NCBI GenBank assembly: GCA_009859145.1
Contig: VRVR01000014.1
Span: 251,618-315,617, forward strand
Direction: 5' to 3'
Source of the DNA: Andalucia godoyi And28
Taxonomy: Eukaryota > Protista > Jakobida
DNA: 64,000 nt
Position 1 is the stretch's first letter. Each line of letters starts with the position of its first letter. The notes under the pieces are model-generated. The model made no database searches. It saw only the letters and a program-made list of their open reading frames with translations, and was not told where the DNA came from. A program made the translations under genes and the position numbers. Positions 20,831 to 32,084 of the stretch are shown here, piece by piece.

Positions 20831-23175
20831 TCAAGACATAGAGGATGCCACGTTTCTGATGAACAGTACGTCGTCCTTATCAATTCCCAGCGTCTCTGCA
20901 ACACTGTCATCAAACAATGTCGACGATTCGGATGAACTGCGATTCATAAAAACCGAGTCAACAGCCAACCCTCTCACAGCCCGAGCCTGGTAAGCTACAT
21001 TCTGGAGATACCCGTGAATATAATTCACAATCAATTCCGCTGGCATGTTACTCTTACTCATGCTGACGGCAGAATCCAGCATTTTCGAAAATGACGGAGG
21101 ACATCTCCATCGGAAACGCTGAATGCCCTGCAGACTCTCCATGCTCGCTTCCGAAAACGCAAGATGATCCATGGATCTGATTGAATCAGCATCAGAAGAG
21201 GACAGTGCAACCACTTCCACAATCTGCTTCGAGACGTCCACTAGTATCGTGTACACAACAGACGGGTAAACATCCATCTCCAGGAAGGGTTGTTCGATCA
21301 GTAAACGCATGTCCGCAAACACGGAGTTCAGAGAAAACCTGGCACGATTGACTCTTTGCATGACAAAGTCACCGCAAAACCGTTCCGACCATTCAGCAAA
21401 ATACATTACCGACGATGATAGCGATGCTAGCTCTGATTCAATGTTTGACACATCCAGACTGTTGTTTAACTGGTGGTTTTGTTCCGCAACAGCAGGCAGA
21501 AGAATCGAGTGCTGGTTTGTGTCAAGTTCTGCGCCTCGTAAAAAGAAAGATGCACAAGACATCAAAGCCTGTCCGACGGAGTCAAAATCCGGACCTGCAT
21601 GTCCATTCTTATGCAGATGTGGAATAACTTGCTTGTGGGACCTCGAGTCCTTGAACACTGGAGCATCCTCAATAAACACAATACGACATAGTTTCAGCTG
21701 TGGTGAGGCATCAATATACCGGCAGAGATCGGGTAGATCAGTCGCAGTGGAATCCAGAGAGCCGTGGCGGACTGAATCAATTAGCCATCGAAGAAACGGA
21801 ACACCACCGAGAACAGAGAGTCTGTGATGGCCAATTGGGAACCGCACAACGCTGCTGTTGTCAGCAGACTTGACAGAACAACCGCTAGAGCTGAAGTGGT
21901 TCCCTGCAACAGTGTCAATCCAAGACACATGATGGCCAAGAATACAAGAAAGGACAGTAGCAGAAAACGGTAGCTTTGCATCATGCTCAAGAAATGCCAA
22001 TCCATCCATAAGGCAACGATACGCAGCTTGGGCGTGATCCACGCTTTGAATGGAGTACGGCCACAGAGGATATCGTAGCAGTGACGCAGATAAAAACGAA
22101 AAAACGGTGGATTTGAAATCTTGGACGGCAGCAGCTAAAACCGCATTGTTCGACAGAGATTGAGGCACGAAGTTCACGGAAAGATTACAGGGAGGAGAAA
22201 TTTTGTCAGACGATGCTCTCTGTGCGCACTCCTTTTGGACCCTTCTCACCAAATGATCAGACAGGAGCTTTCGGCAGATTCGCATTAGTTTGCGAATGCG
22301 ATACTCCACGACAACAAACACGCGTTGCAACACCTCAAAAGAAACTATAGGAAACACCACTCCAAGAGCACATTGCACTCGGCAATTGATGAATGGTTTG
22401 CCTTTTCTATCCACCGCAGTCGATTGAATGCAGTCACGCGCAGGAGAAAAACCCATGGAAGATGAATTTGCACTGGCATGGAAATCTCGGAAAGCAGCGA
22501 CAGAACTGCGACCGATCAGCCGGTCTTCGTCAATCAGGATTTGTGACGACCCATCAAATGAAGTCATCCTACGCATGACGTGGGCTCTAATTTCGCCGTC
22601 GGATTCTTCGATTTCAAACGAAGACTGACCCGTCACCGACCACCGAGGCGCATGGGATCTCCTGCTTGCAGATGTTCGGTCTTGAAGGTCGTCGTCTGCT
22701 CTGGTCTGTTGTTGCTGTGCAGCATGTTCGTTCATTTTTTCAATCTGGGCCGAATTTGAACTCACGGCGAAAATTTTTGAGATCACCAAAGACTCCATGG
22801 ATTGAATGAGATGAACCTTTGTCTGATCTGTGCGAACCTTGAATGGAAGTGCCCCAAACATGATTTCCCCAAAGACGTCGATCGATTTTGAGGGAGTGAC
22901 GGAGTCATACAGTAGAGTATGAGTCCTATTGGACCTGTTTTCTTGCATCAGCTGTTTCCCCCCCAAAAAATACAATAAATAAATGAAAATTAGAACATCG
23001 CCGACATCACGAAGCAATTCAAAAGCGAGGAAAGAAAAAAACATACAAAGATTCGAATGGGAAATTCATGAGTCGAAAACAGATGCAAAGGCTGCGATCC
23101 CTGCAGCAAATGAAGAGGAGCTAAATCAACGCTGGGGACAGAGACGTGATCGTCATGCGAGTGCTTGTTCCCCAT
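20831..23175 (-). CDS. FNIP: Folliculin-interacting protein (FNIP/Lst4), two exons: 23175..23047 and 22951..20831
   Basis: Splicing a GTATGT...CAG intron restores IRIFLMQENRSNRTHTLLYDS (FNIP_N start). Also GEIMFGALP...TKVH, LVISKIF, RYPLW, FSATVLSCILGHHVSWIDTV and SFFLRGAEL. 749 aa. Confidence 0.88.
22952..23046 (-). other. Spliceosomal intron in FNIP (95 nt)
   Basis: GTATGT donor, CTAAT branch-like site, CAG acceptor; phase 0 and restores the conserved frame. Confidence 0.85.
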
Positions 23176-23601
23176 TCATGAACTCTAGCAGATCTGCAAA
23201 ACCACAAACCGAGACAAGTAGTATTTTTTTTCTTCTTCTTCTTCTTCTTCTTCTTTTTCTTCTTTTTCTTGTTGAACAGAAACAGCACCCAAATAGACGG
23301 AAAAATTGTGATAACCAATCAAGGATTCCCAACTTCAAAGTTCAGAACCCATAGCTCGCATATCGAGCGCATTCCTCCTCATAGGGCGTTTTTCCCCCCC
23401 AGAAGCTTCCGCATTCCGTGCTCAACGATGAAATCTCAATTGATGCCGGGATGGAGAGACCCCGCCTTGCTCGCGCCAGATGGGAAAATGGACTGTTGTT
23501 TTTAATTCTTTGATTTATTAATTCTTTATTAATTCTTAGTTTTTATCATTGTTGTTGTTGTTGCCCTTCATGGCAACATTGATATATTGAGAAACGTTGC
23601 A

Positions 23602-25145
23602 ATGTCTCAAGTCGAATACCGCGTTACAAACATTGAGCCTTTGGAATCGAACTTGTTTCCGTTCGGAAGTGTTGGAATCCGCGTCTTGTCGAACTGCGGC
23701 TTCGTTCACAGCTCTGTTTTGGATCTGGCATCTCTTCGTCGTTTCGGTTTGTTTGAAGGCTGTGTTTTTCAGCTTGAGCAGGAATTACCCAAGGACAACT
23801 TCAGCTTGTTCTACTTTTCTCCGACTGCAAAAGTATGCATTTTTTGGTTTTCATTTTTAATACATACATTATGTTGGATGCACATCCCTCGACACAAAGC
23901 GATTCTCACGTGCAAGCGTGTTGCATTCGATTCTTTCTAACGTTGTAGATCAGAATCGTTCGCGAAAGCCAGCGTGATCTGTTTCCGTTTCCTGTCCACA
24001 GGGACATCCACCCATCGAGCACGTCTTTGAAATCACTGCGGGATGCCCAGGAAACATTGGAGCTGACTTCAGGGACCTCGACACCCCCACGAGAACCGCC
24101 CCTTGCGAAGATTCGTATATCGTCTGCCAATTTCTATTCCTGGGATCAGACAGAAGTCGAAATGCGCAAGCAACCGCCAGCAGAGTGCATTGTTTGGATC
24201 CCCTTGAGAGATTTTGAAGATTTTCCTGAAGAAGAGCTGGTTGCGCAATCCCTGAACAAAGAATTGCATCGACGGGACCTGGTGGATTCCGATGACGGCG
24301 AGTCCCCTGCAGGCATTGTCCGGATATCCAAATCAAAAGAAACCATCCGCTTTCCCAAGAAATCAAGCGGCTTATTCTTGTCGACCATCGGTTTCAAGAA
24401 GAAGCAGCACCCGAAATTGCTGTTCTCCGTTGCTTCCGACTTTCAGTCACAGCCTTCAAGAAAGGTTGAACTCCAGTCTCGCGCAAAGAAGTATCTGCAA
24501 AAAGTCAAACAAGTCATTCAAACACTGTCCCCGACCGCTTCGGTGCTTGCTCCTGCAACACAGATGCATCCCGTGTCGCCATTTTCACCAGCACCCGAGG
24601 CTGCGACGATAGCGGCGGACAATTCGCAGCTTGACGCATCTCAGATGTACTGTTCGCAGATTGCAAGCGCCGATTTCCAGGAGTTCCCAGATGCGAATTC
24701 CGATCATGTTCTGGTCACGCAAGCTAATTCGGTTGTCGTGGCTGCGGCTCACGGCAGTTCAGATGTTTCTCAGTCGTCGATGGAACTGCATGATTCAAGC
24801 GGTGAAGCGGAAGAAGCGTGGGAGCAAAACCTGAAAACATCACCGATTGACGACGACGTAGACAGTGATTCTGCTGAAGTGGATCCGTTCGCGTTTCCGA
24901 TATCTCCGGCGAATCATCACCATCGTACCGCCGTTCAGAGAAGAAGCTTGGCAGAAAACCGGAAAGAGGACACTTCCGAAGAAGTTGACGTATTTTCCGA
25001 TGTAATCTCCCTCCCAATTCTCTCCCGCACGTTGACGTCATCACTTCGGACGATGATGACCCGTGTTCTTCCGCAGGATCGCAATTTCTCCAACGATGAG
25101 GATGAAATCGAGATCTTTACTCAGCAAGACTCCAACGATGATTGA
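23602..25145 (+). CDS. Hypothetical protein (475 aa), two exons: 23602..23832 and 23949..25145
   Basis: A GTATGC donor at 23833 and TTCTAAC-GTTGTAG acceptor join ORFs 23587 and 24027 in frame. Beta-rich N-terminal half, Ser/Asp-rich disordered C-terminal half. Confidence 0.75.
23833..23948 (+). other. Spliceosomal intron (116 nt)
   Basis: GTATGC donor; CTAAC branch point immediately before GTTGTAG; phase 0. Confidence 0.8.
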
Positions 25146-25336
25146 GCATGAAACAATCTGCCGCAGCGTCGCCACAACAAGCATAAAATCTGTACATAAG
25201 GCCGTGCGAAACTTGTAAAATAGAATGGATTGACAGTATGCAGTGATAATTTAATTTTTAATATAAAAAAAAAAGACTCCAGACTCCAGACTCTAGACGA
25301 AAAACCTAAAGCAAATTTGACCGATTTTCGAACCAG

Positions 25337-26641
25337 TCAGTTCGCGAAACGCAGCACACCGATTCGCTCCAGAAAGATCAAGCGATCCTGGGTGGGCAGC
25401 AACGTAACCACTTCGGCAAGAAAAGAGATGTCTTCCACAGTACGGGAAGCCGGGGGTTTGGCAAACACAATCGAGCCTCCGATCAGAGAAAACTCCACTG
25501 GCGACTTTGCCTCGCGTTCCATTTGCGTAATGTTCTCAGCAGTGGATGTCAGGGAAGCGACGTAGTGGATTTCATCTGCTGTTCTCTCCTCTGGAGCTTT
25601 CACAAACACGCGCATGGATTCGATCAAAAATTGCTCCTGTTGCCGGATAAGCAACCGCTGTTCCTGGACCAGGGCAGCAAGCTGCAACTCAATCTCCATC
25701 ACATACTCCCGTTCTGCCTCCGTCCGTTGCTCAAATGGAACAGCGAAGGCGTACGTCCCCGTCGCGAGTTCCAGCACAACTTCACCGCGCCCGTCGGGAA
25801 CAGCCTCCTTGCAGAGTCTTTTGACTTGTGCCGCGAAGTTCCGCAGAGCAAGCACGTACACTTGCTCCTCCTTATTTCGATGTTCAGGGCGCTTGGAAAA
25901 CACTTGTGCACAGCCAATGGCCAATTCAAATGCATCATCATCCGCAATGGCTACTGGAGTGTCCCCCCACGCGCGATCGCTCGTTGCAACAGCAGAGCCC
26001 GGAAACTGCAGTTTGATCCTAGCACTTTCCGCAGCGATACGGGCATTTTTCGACTCCAGGACATTCAAATCCGAAAACGATGTATTCCGAATCAAAGACT
26101 GGGTCCTATATGCTCTACTTTGCTGAGCAATCGAGTCACGCCGGCCACAAAGCGTCTGAGATGCCTTCAGTCCTGCAGCTTCCGCAGAAGCAGCGGCCTT
26201 CTTTGCATGCTCCGAAGCTTTCGAGTCAAAGGATGATACATTCTTGGAAGCATTGCTCGATTTGCGCAAAGCGGGAGCAGAAGAAGAACGCTTCTCTGTA
26301 GTTTGATCGACGTTTTCATTGGAAATCCGAATGGACTTCTTGACCGCACTAAGAAACACGTCCAATTCTTCCGACGTCTCAAACGCAATGTAGAATGCCT
26401 TTTCATTTGCAGTCAGCTTCAGGCAGAATGGCCGGTTCTGAGAGGCCATCTCAGAGGACCGTCCACATGCGCAATTCGTCAGCGAGATCGTCCCAACGAC
26501 CGCAGCAGGAGACGCATGGTCGCTCTTATAGAAGGACAGTTCGTTTCTCGACACAATGAAATATCGCCTTTTCCATTTCCTCAGAAACGATCCAGAGAAC
26601 AATTGACCCCAACCCCGTGTCACTACATTATCTCGTTCCAT
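25337..26641 (-). CDS. PH-domain protein with an uncharacterised helical C-terminal region (434 aa)
   Basis: RKWKRRYFIV...LSFYKS...VGTISL...RPFCLKL...YIAFETSEELDVFLSAVKK is a canonical PH domain. ATG at 26641. Confidence 0.85.
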   Translation of the reverse strand: MERDNVVTRGWGQLFSGSFLRKWKRRYFIVSRNELSFYKSDHASPAAVVGTISLTNCACGRSSEMASQNRPFCLKLTANEKAFYIAFETSEELDVFLSAVKKSIRISNENVDQTTEKRSSSAPALRKSSNASKNVSSFDSKASEHAKKAAASAEAAGLKASQTLCGRRDSIAQQSRAYRTQSLIRNTSFSDLNVLESKNARIAAESARIKLQFPGSAVATSDRAWGDTPVAIADDDAFELAIGCAQVFSKRPEHRNKEEQVYVLALRNFAAQVKRLCKEAVPDGRGEVVLELATGTYAFAVPFEQRTEAEREYVMEIELQLAALVQEQRLLIRQQEQFLIESMRVFVKAPEERTADEIHYVASLTSTAENITQMEREAKSPVEFSLIGGSIVFAKPPASRTVEDISFLAEVVTLLPTQDRLIFLERIGVLRFAN

Positions 26642-27388
26642 TCGAGAACAACCATTTGTGCTGCAGATTGCTGCTGCTCGGAAAGAATAATGTAAAATCA
26701 AAGAAAAATACAGCAACAAAAGACAACGAACAACGAGAAATTAAAAGTCTCCATGGAGAAAAAAAAACACGGCGACTGTAGTCGAACGAAAAAGCAGAAC
26801 TACAGGAGGAGCCAAAAGGGGAAAAAAAAAGGAGTCTGTGCGGAGTGATGCATCTGTGCTGGCGGCACGAGGAGCAGATCCCTCGACCGAACACTGGGGT
26901 CGGTTTTGACTGCTCTGTTGCCAGCCTCGTCCGTTGCCCAATCTCTTTAATCGCCGTGATGCCAAAGCCGCTTACGCAGCAGCACCCCTGCAAACAGCGC
27001 CCTTCGAGCGGTGCTCAAAACCCTAATCCGCCAGCCCGGAACACCCGCGCCCATTCTCCAATCTCCACCTTCTCCCAGTCGCAAAGAGTCACAGCCGGTG
27101 CCGCCGGCCAAGGCTAAGCACACAGCGCAGCCAAGGTTGCTTTTCAATGTGCGGCACTCTCACTACTTTCATACTTGTGGGTGTGGTTGCGAGCTGGACT
27201 GGTTTTAATTTTGGCAGATTTTTTGTTTTTACGACCAGTTGTTTTCTAGGGGCGAGAGTCGATGTCTTTTGGTGACCTCGGACAGGAGAGGCGTATCAGA
27301 ACGAACATATCGGCGCCTCGGGAGGCACGGCAATGCGCTGCAAATAAACAGAAAAAGGAAGAGAAGGACATGGATGATGGGTACTGTA

Positions 27389-28915
27389 CTAGTCGAGATC
27401 GAGGATTCCCATTTGGTCATCAAGTTCTTCGATGAGTGGTTGTTCTTCTTTCGGCACAGGCATCGGGACGTCGTATTTCACATCGTCGGTTCGCATAGCC
27501 TGCATTCCTACTGGAGTCGAGATTGAGCCGAGCATCTTGGGCGCCTCTCCCTCTGCTGCAAACTCGAGCTTCATTTCTCCATGCTCATCCACCTGCTCCG
27601 CAACGCGCTTCACAACGTCCAGCAGCTGCTGCAGAACCGTCCGCAGCGCAGACGAGGATTCGCTCGTTGAAGATCCGGAGGCGGAAGATGCAGAGGATAA
27701 GAGCGACTCAACATGCTGCGTAAGCGATGGAACTACGCGACGGAAATACAGCTCGCGGTTGCATAGAGAGCTGTTCGTAAGCCGCAGCAAGGCTTCTGCA
27801 TATTTTATCCTGATCTGCAGGCTTGGCTCCTTTTCAAACCCGGCGTAGTGCTTCGCGATCTTGACAGTCGATTCGTCTTCGCTCTCCTCAACCCACTCCG
27901 CTTCGTCTTTTCCCTCCATTTCAGCTCCATCCTCCAGCTGCGCCTCCTTTGATGGAGCTGCTGGTGTGACTGCAGACGATGAGACGAGCGTGCCTCCGTC
28001 TTGCGTGGCAGAGCTGCTCTTGTTCTTTCGGACAGTCTTTGGAGGCAACTTAGAGCCCACAACGAGTGGCCATAAACAGTGTAAAATCGCAGCCTTTTTG
28101 ATAAGCTCATCGTGCAGATCCTCGTTCACGACGCAGTTTCGAATGGTGGTGGCAACACCGACTCGGCGGACCGTGTCTGCATCATTTGCGTATCTTGCGA
28201 ACCGCGCGAGCAAACACGCATCGTCGTCTGCAGAGTCAAGAAGCGAGAGCTGAAATGGACGCAGAACTGAGAGTGACCCGGCGACGCCAAAGAGCCATCG
28301 ATGCGCATCGGCCGTGACCATTTCGTCTGTCTTTGCGCGCAAAGGAGGCATTTCAAACGCTCGCAGAAGCACAGGAGGCAGCAAACTCTCGAAAAACGCA
28401 CCACCGTCCGCTGTCGAATGGTGGTTGGCCACAAGATGGGTGTGGACCGGAACTGCAGTCGTGATGTTCAGCAGCAACAGTGCATTCAGCGGCGCAAATG
28501 CCTTTACGGATGACGCATTCTTCGCTGTCGTCGTCGTTGTTGTTGTTGTTGTCGATGATGATGAAAGAAGGGAAAGAAGACGTGGGAAAAGTCGAAATGT
28601 AGAGGCCATTGCAAGAGCAGCATTCGGATCCGTAGCGAGGTTTACGAGTGCTTTGAGCGCATTGGAGGCAGTGGCGGGATCTGCCGCTGCAGAATCGGAC
28701 CACGCAATTGTCGCCAACCGTCGAATCACGTCGGTGTGTAGCGCCAGAGCCGAAAGTGAGAATGATTGTGAATCATCCGATGATGACGTGGATGATGAGG
28801 TTAGCGATAGCACATGAGACACAGCAGTCGCGCGAACAGCTGGGTTCGAATGCGAAAGAAACGACACGAGCTCAACGATCGTTGGGTCAATCCCAGCTGG
28901 TGATGTCTCCGCCAT
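27389..28915 (-). CDS. HGH1: HGH1/FAM203 (eEF2 chaperone), ARM-like
   Basis: ELVSFLSHSNPAVRATAV, ALKALVNLA, VRRVGVATTIRNC, EKEPSLQIRIKYAEALLRLT; acidic C-terminus ending LIEELDDQ... Confidence 0.85.
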   Translation of the reverse strand: MAETSPAGIDPTIVELVSFLSHSNPAVRATAVSHVLSLTSSSTSSSDDSQSFSLSALALHTDVIRRLATIAWSDSAAADPATASNALKALVNLATDPNAALAMASTFRLFPRLLSLLSSSSTTTTTTTTTAKNASSVKAFAPLNALLLLNITTAVPVHTHLVANHHSTADGGAFFESLLPPVLLRAFEMPPLRAKTDEMVTADAHRWLFGVAGSLSVLRPFQLSLLDSADDDACLLARFARYANDADTVRRVGVATTIRNCVVNEDLHDELIKKAAILHCLWPLVVGSKLPPKTVRKNKSSSATQDGGTLVSSSAVTPAAPSKEAQLEDGAEMEGKDEAEWVEESEDESTVKIAKHYAGFEKEPSLQIRIKYAEALLRLTNSSLCNRELYFRRVVPSLTQHVESLLSSASSASGSSTSESSSALRTVLQQLLDVVKRVAEQVDEHGEMKLEFAAEGEAPKMLGSISTPVGMQAMRTDDVKYDVPMPVPKEEQPLIEELDDQMGILDLD

Positions 28916-29218
28916 GGCGTTCTGCAGCCCTTCTTTTCCTTTTTTTAAAAAAAATTAAAAAAAGTGATATACAATAAATAAACAAATCTAACATTTAAAA
29001 AAAGGTTTCTTCTTCTTGTCAGCAATGCGCAATCATTAATGATCGCGTCTTTTAATGTGGTGACGATTTCGGCATTTCGGAATTATCGGATTTTGCCTCT
29101 GCTTGGAAGCAACAAAAACAAAGGGGGGAATTGAGCGAAATGAAACTGCCGGATCTTTTACGATTCCTTGCATCAATGTGATGCAACCGCACGTTTCCTT
29201 CCTTTCGGATTATGATGG

Positions 29219-29332
29219 AACGAAACGAAGCGAAACGAAGCGAAACGAAGCGAAAGAACGAAACGAGAAAAGCAAGAAAGAGAGAGAGAGAGAGAACGAG
29301 GGAGGGAGAGAGGGAGAGAGGGAGAGAGAGAG
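29219..29332. repeat. (AACGAAGCGA)n-like and (GA)n purine-rich repeats immediately upstream of the WDR89 ATG
   Basis: Directly visible tandem repeats. Confidence 0.85.
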
Positions 29333-30499
29333 ATGTACGTGGCGAGCAAGAGTGTGTGGAACAGCCATCAAGTGTCGGACGAGTGTTATGTGCTTGACAT
29401 GGATCTGAACAGCGATCACAGCGTGCTGTCGGTTGCATCATCTTCGCATGTGATTAAGCAGTATGCGGCGGACAGCGACTTGTCGTTTCGCAGCGAGCTG
29501 AAGGGGCACACACAGCGGATTCACCAGATCCGGCACGACCAGAGCTCAGCTCCTCATGTGGCGTCTGGTTCCGCAGACAGCACCGCGCGTCTCTGGGACC
29601 TTCGCTCGGGCCGCAGCGAGCGCACGTGCTCGTTCCCACGCGGACAGGAAGTCTACGCAGTTGACGTCTCTATACAGCGGAGCGTTATGGCAGTCGGAGT
29701 TGATTCTAGAGTGGTCCTCCTGGACTTGTCGACAGGACGCACGATCCACGCATGGGACGACGCGCACTCGAACGAGGTGTCCCAGGTCGCTTTCCATCCG
29801 TCCGTGCCCAACATGCTGTTCTCGGCCTCCGTCGATGGCTTCATCAACCAGTTTGATCTGCTATCCTTGAACACCACCAGCAGTGGCAGTGGCGGAGTAA
29901 AGAAGGAAAAGAGTCGGAAAAAGAACGCCGGGTTCGACGACAACGACGACGACAACGACGAGGATGAGCAGGGAGAGGGAGAGGAAGATGAGGACGGACT
30001 CCAAGCGACCATGAATGTGCAAGATGCAGTGTCCAGAATTGGGTTCTTCGGACGCCAAAATGAGAATTTATGGGTGACGACAACGTCAGAAAGGCTTTCG
30101 CTATGGAGCCTAGAGTCTGCCTCGCGAATCGCGGACTTTGATCAGACCGTCCGAGAGACCTGTGTTGCCGATTACCTTGTGTCGTGCGTGTACGACTCGG
30201 ATTCAGATGCGCTGGTTGTGGCAACAGGCACATTCGACGGAACCATCAGGCTTGCTGCAGTCTCGCAAACTGCAGTCCAGCAGCCGTTTGCGGAGCTGTC
30301 TGGCGCCCATTCGGCTCTTGTCAGATCGTGCCTTGTGAGCTCGGCTGGAAATGTCATCTACACGGGCGCTGAAGACTCGAAAATCACAATGTGGACTAGA
30401 AATACCGGAGCTGCTGCACACCCGTCTGCAAGCAACTCTCCTCTTGTGGACGATGAGCGACGCGCCGAAAGGGAAAAGAGAAGGTACAGTCCGTACTGA
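29333..30499 (+). CDS. WDR89: WD40-repeat protein, WDR89-like, with an acidic insertion
   Basis: GH...WD repeats (GHTQRI...RLWDLR; AHSNEVSQVAFHP...SASVDGFINQFDL; AHSALVRS...YTGAEDSKITMW). Confidence 0.78.
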   Translation: MYVASKSVWNSHQVSDECYVLDMDLNSDHSVLSVASSSHVIKQYAADSDLSFRSELKGHTQRIHQIRHDQSSAPHVASGSADSTARLWDLRSGRSERTCSFPRGQEVYAVDVSIQRSVMAVGVDSRVVLLDLSTGRTIHAWDDAHSNEVSQVAFHPSVPNMLFSASVDGFINQFDLLSLNTTSSGSGGVKKEKSRKKNAGFDDNDDDNDEDEQGEGEEDEDGLQATMNVQDAVSRIGFFGRQNENLWVTTTSERLSLWSLESASRIADFDQTVRETCVADYLVSCVYDSDSDALVVATGTFDGTIRLAAVSQTAVQQPFAELSGAHSALVRSCLVSSAGNVIYTGAEDSKITMWTRNTGAAAHPSASNSPLVDDERRAEREKRRYSPY

Positions 30500-30591
30500 A
30501 TAAAAAAGAAACGGGAAAAAACAACAGCAAACAACAACAACAACAACAACAACAAAAAGCTAAAAAAACTTGTATCCACGGCATGCGCCCT

Positions 30592-31488
30592 TCAGCATGC
30601 TAGTGGACGCGCATCCGCTCCGGTTTGTTGCATTCGAATGGCAGCTGCTGTCGCTGTTTGGGGGTCTTGGGGTGACGGTTTCTGGTGCGTTTCGATTGAG
30701 AGAATCTTGACGACGGTGGCGGACAGGCCGTGTTGCTCGAGATGGCGCTTGAATTCAGTGCAGTAACAGTTGCATTCTAAGATGAAGCGGAAACGGCACG
30801 CGGCACATTCCGAGTTCATCTGAAGATAGGAAAACGCCTCTGTGATCGTTTCAAAAGGGACCATTTCCTGCGCAGAAGAGATTTCTCGATCGAGACTTCC
30901 GTCCCACAATCGTTCGAAATCGGGCGGATTGTCCGTCGCCCATACCGCACAGCACGTGGATGGTTCATGTTCGTACAGATTGCCAATAGTGAGGCAAACA
31001 CTTGGTTCTGCCGATGCAGAACTCGCGGTGGTATAGCTGGCCGTTTGGCGGACGTGGCCTGGGGTGTCAACCGGATGGCCCGTGCCTTTTACGCTGTCAT
31101 CCTCGGTCGACAAACGACGGCATGCTGGAGACACATCTTGGACCTTCCCCGAACGGAAATCCACGGCTACGACCATTGGGCGCCCATTGAGCACGTCGGT
31201 TGCGCCGATGCTGGACATCGCACGAACCAGGACCTTGATGCACACACGATAGTTCGACAGCGTCTCTGCTGGCTCCAGACCGTAGATCAAAAGACACTCG
31301 TCCTTGTTACAGATCCGTTCTTTCCTCACCGCGTCATCGAGAAGAGCAATCAGTCGCCCAATCTGCGGTGCGTGCTCGTCCGAGAGGGTTCGCGACGCAG
31401 ATGCGTACCAAGCACCATCGAACACTTGAACTCTTTCGGACTTGCTGCAACAAGCTCTCAGCGTCAGCAGCAGCTCCGTATTCTTCAT
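30592..31488 (-). CDS. Uncharacterised protein A (298 aa), paralogue of 32085..33170
   Basis: ATG 31488 (MKNTELLLTLRA...). Aligns without gaps from Met1 to Tyr28 with the neighbouring plus-strand protein, which supports both start codons. Confidence 0.8.
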   Translation of the reverse strand: MKNTELLLTLRACCSKSERVQVFDGAWYASASRTLSDEHAPQIGRLIALLDDAVRKERICNKDECLLIYGLEPAETLSNYRVCIKVLVRAMSSIGATDVLNGRPMVVAVDFRSGKVQDVSPACRRLSTEDDSVKGTGHPVDTPGHVRQTASYTTASSASAEPSVCLTIGNLYEHEPSTCCAVWATDNPPDFERLWDGSLDREISSAQEMVPFETITEAFSYLQMNSECAACRFRFILECNCYCTEFKRHLEQHGLSATVVKILSIETHQKPSPQDPQTATAAAIRMQQTGADARPLAC

Positions 31489-32084
31489 TGTTCCCTCCCG
31501 CTTCCTCCTTTTTCTTCCCCGCAGCACTGCAGAGTGTGGTCGTTCAAACGGGAAAGACAACACAATTTTTTTTTTGTTGAAAAAACGCGCAAGTGCCGAC
31601 AAACGGGTGCTTGTCAGGTTGTCGCTGGTCTGCTAGCCAGCAGACAAACATGTCGGGGATTGGAGGGCTTTCGAATGCGACCGGGGGGAAGGGGGGGGGG
31701 GAATATAGATATAAGTGGAAGTGGTTTTCGGAGGATTGCACACACACAGGACGGCGTCGAGTTCGATACAAATGAACGTAGCGACTGAAACAAAGTGACG
31801 TCCTCTGAGAATACAACTTGGGGTGCAATTTGCACAACAAATTCCCTTTTTGAGCGTCTGGGGCTAGTCAACTAACGTATCCGTTCCGTGTCGGGACCTC
31901 CCCCCACCCGTTCCGGAAAATGGAGCGGTCAAGGTTTTTGGGGGGCCCAACATGAACACAGAGAAGATGTTAAAGGACGGCGACTCCCGCACATCATTTC
32001 TTTCTCATCTGAATGTTTTGTTACGGTTTTGCACTGTCTGATTCTTGAACCACACTGAGGAAAAAAAACCAACAACCAGATTTC

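Noticed and set aside
26845-27208. GC-rich island with small ORFs and an AAACCCTA telo-box-like 8-mer at 27018
   Set aside because: No frame is both ATG-initiated and convincingly protein-like; the best frame has two in-frame stops. Could be a small remnant but is not supportable as a gene.
28842-28852. GGGTTCGAAT resembling a tRNA T-loop/B-box
   Set aside because: Inside the HGH1 CDS (HSNPA); no acceptor stem or cloverleaf.
30967-31788. 273-aa plus-strand ORF
   Set aside because: Antisense to protein A, whose frame is validated by homology to protein B.
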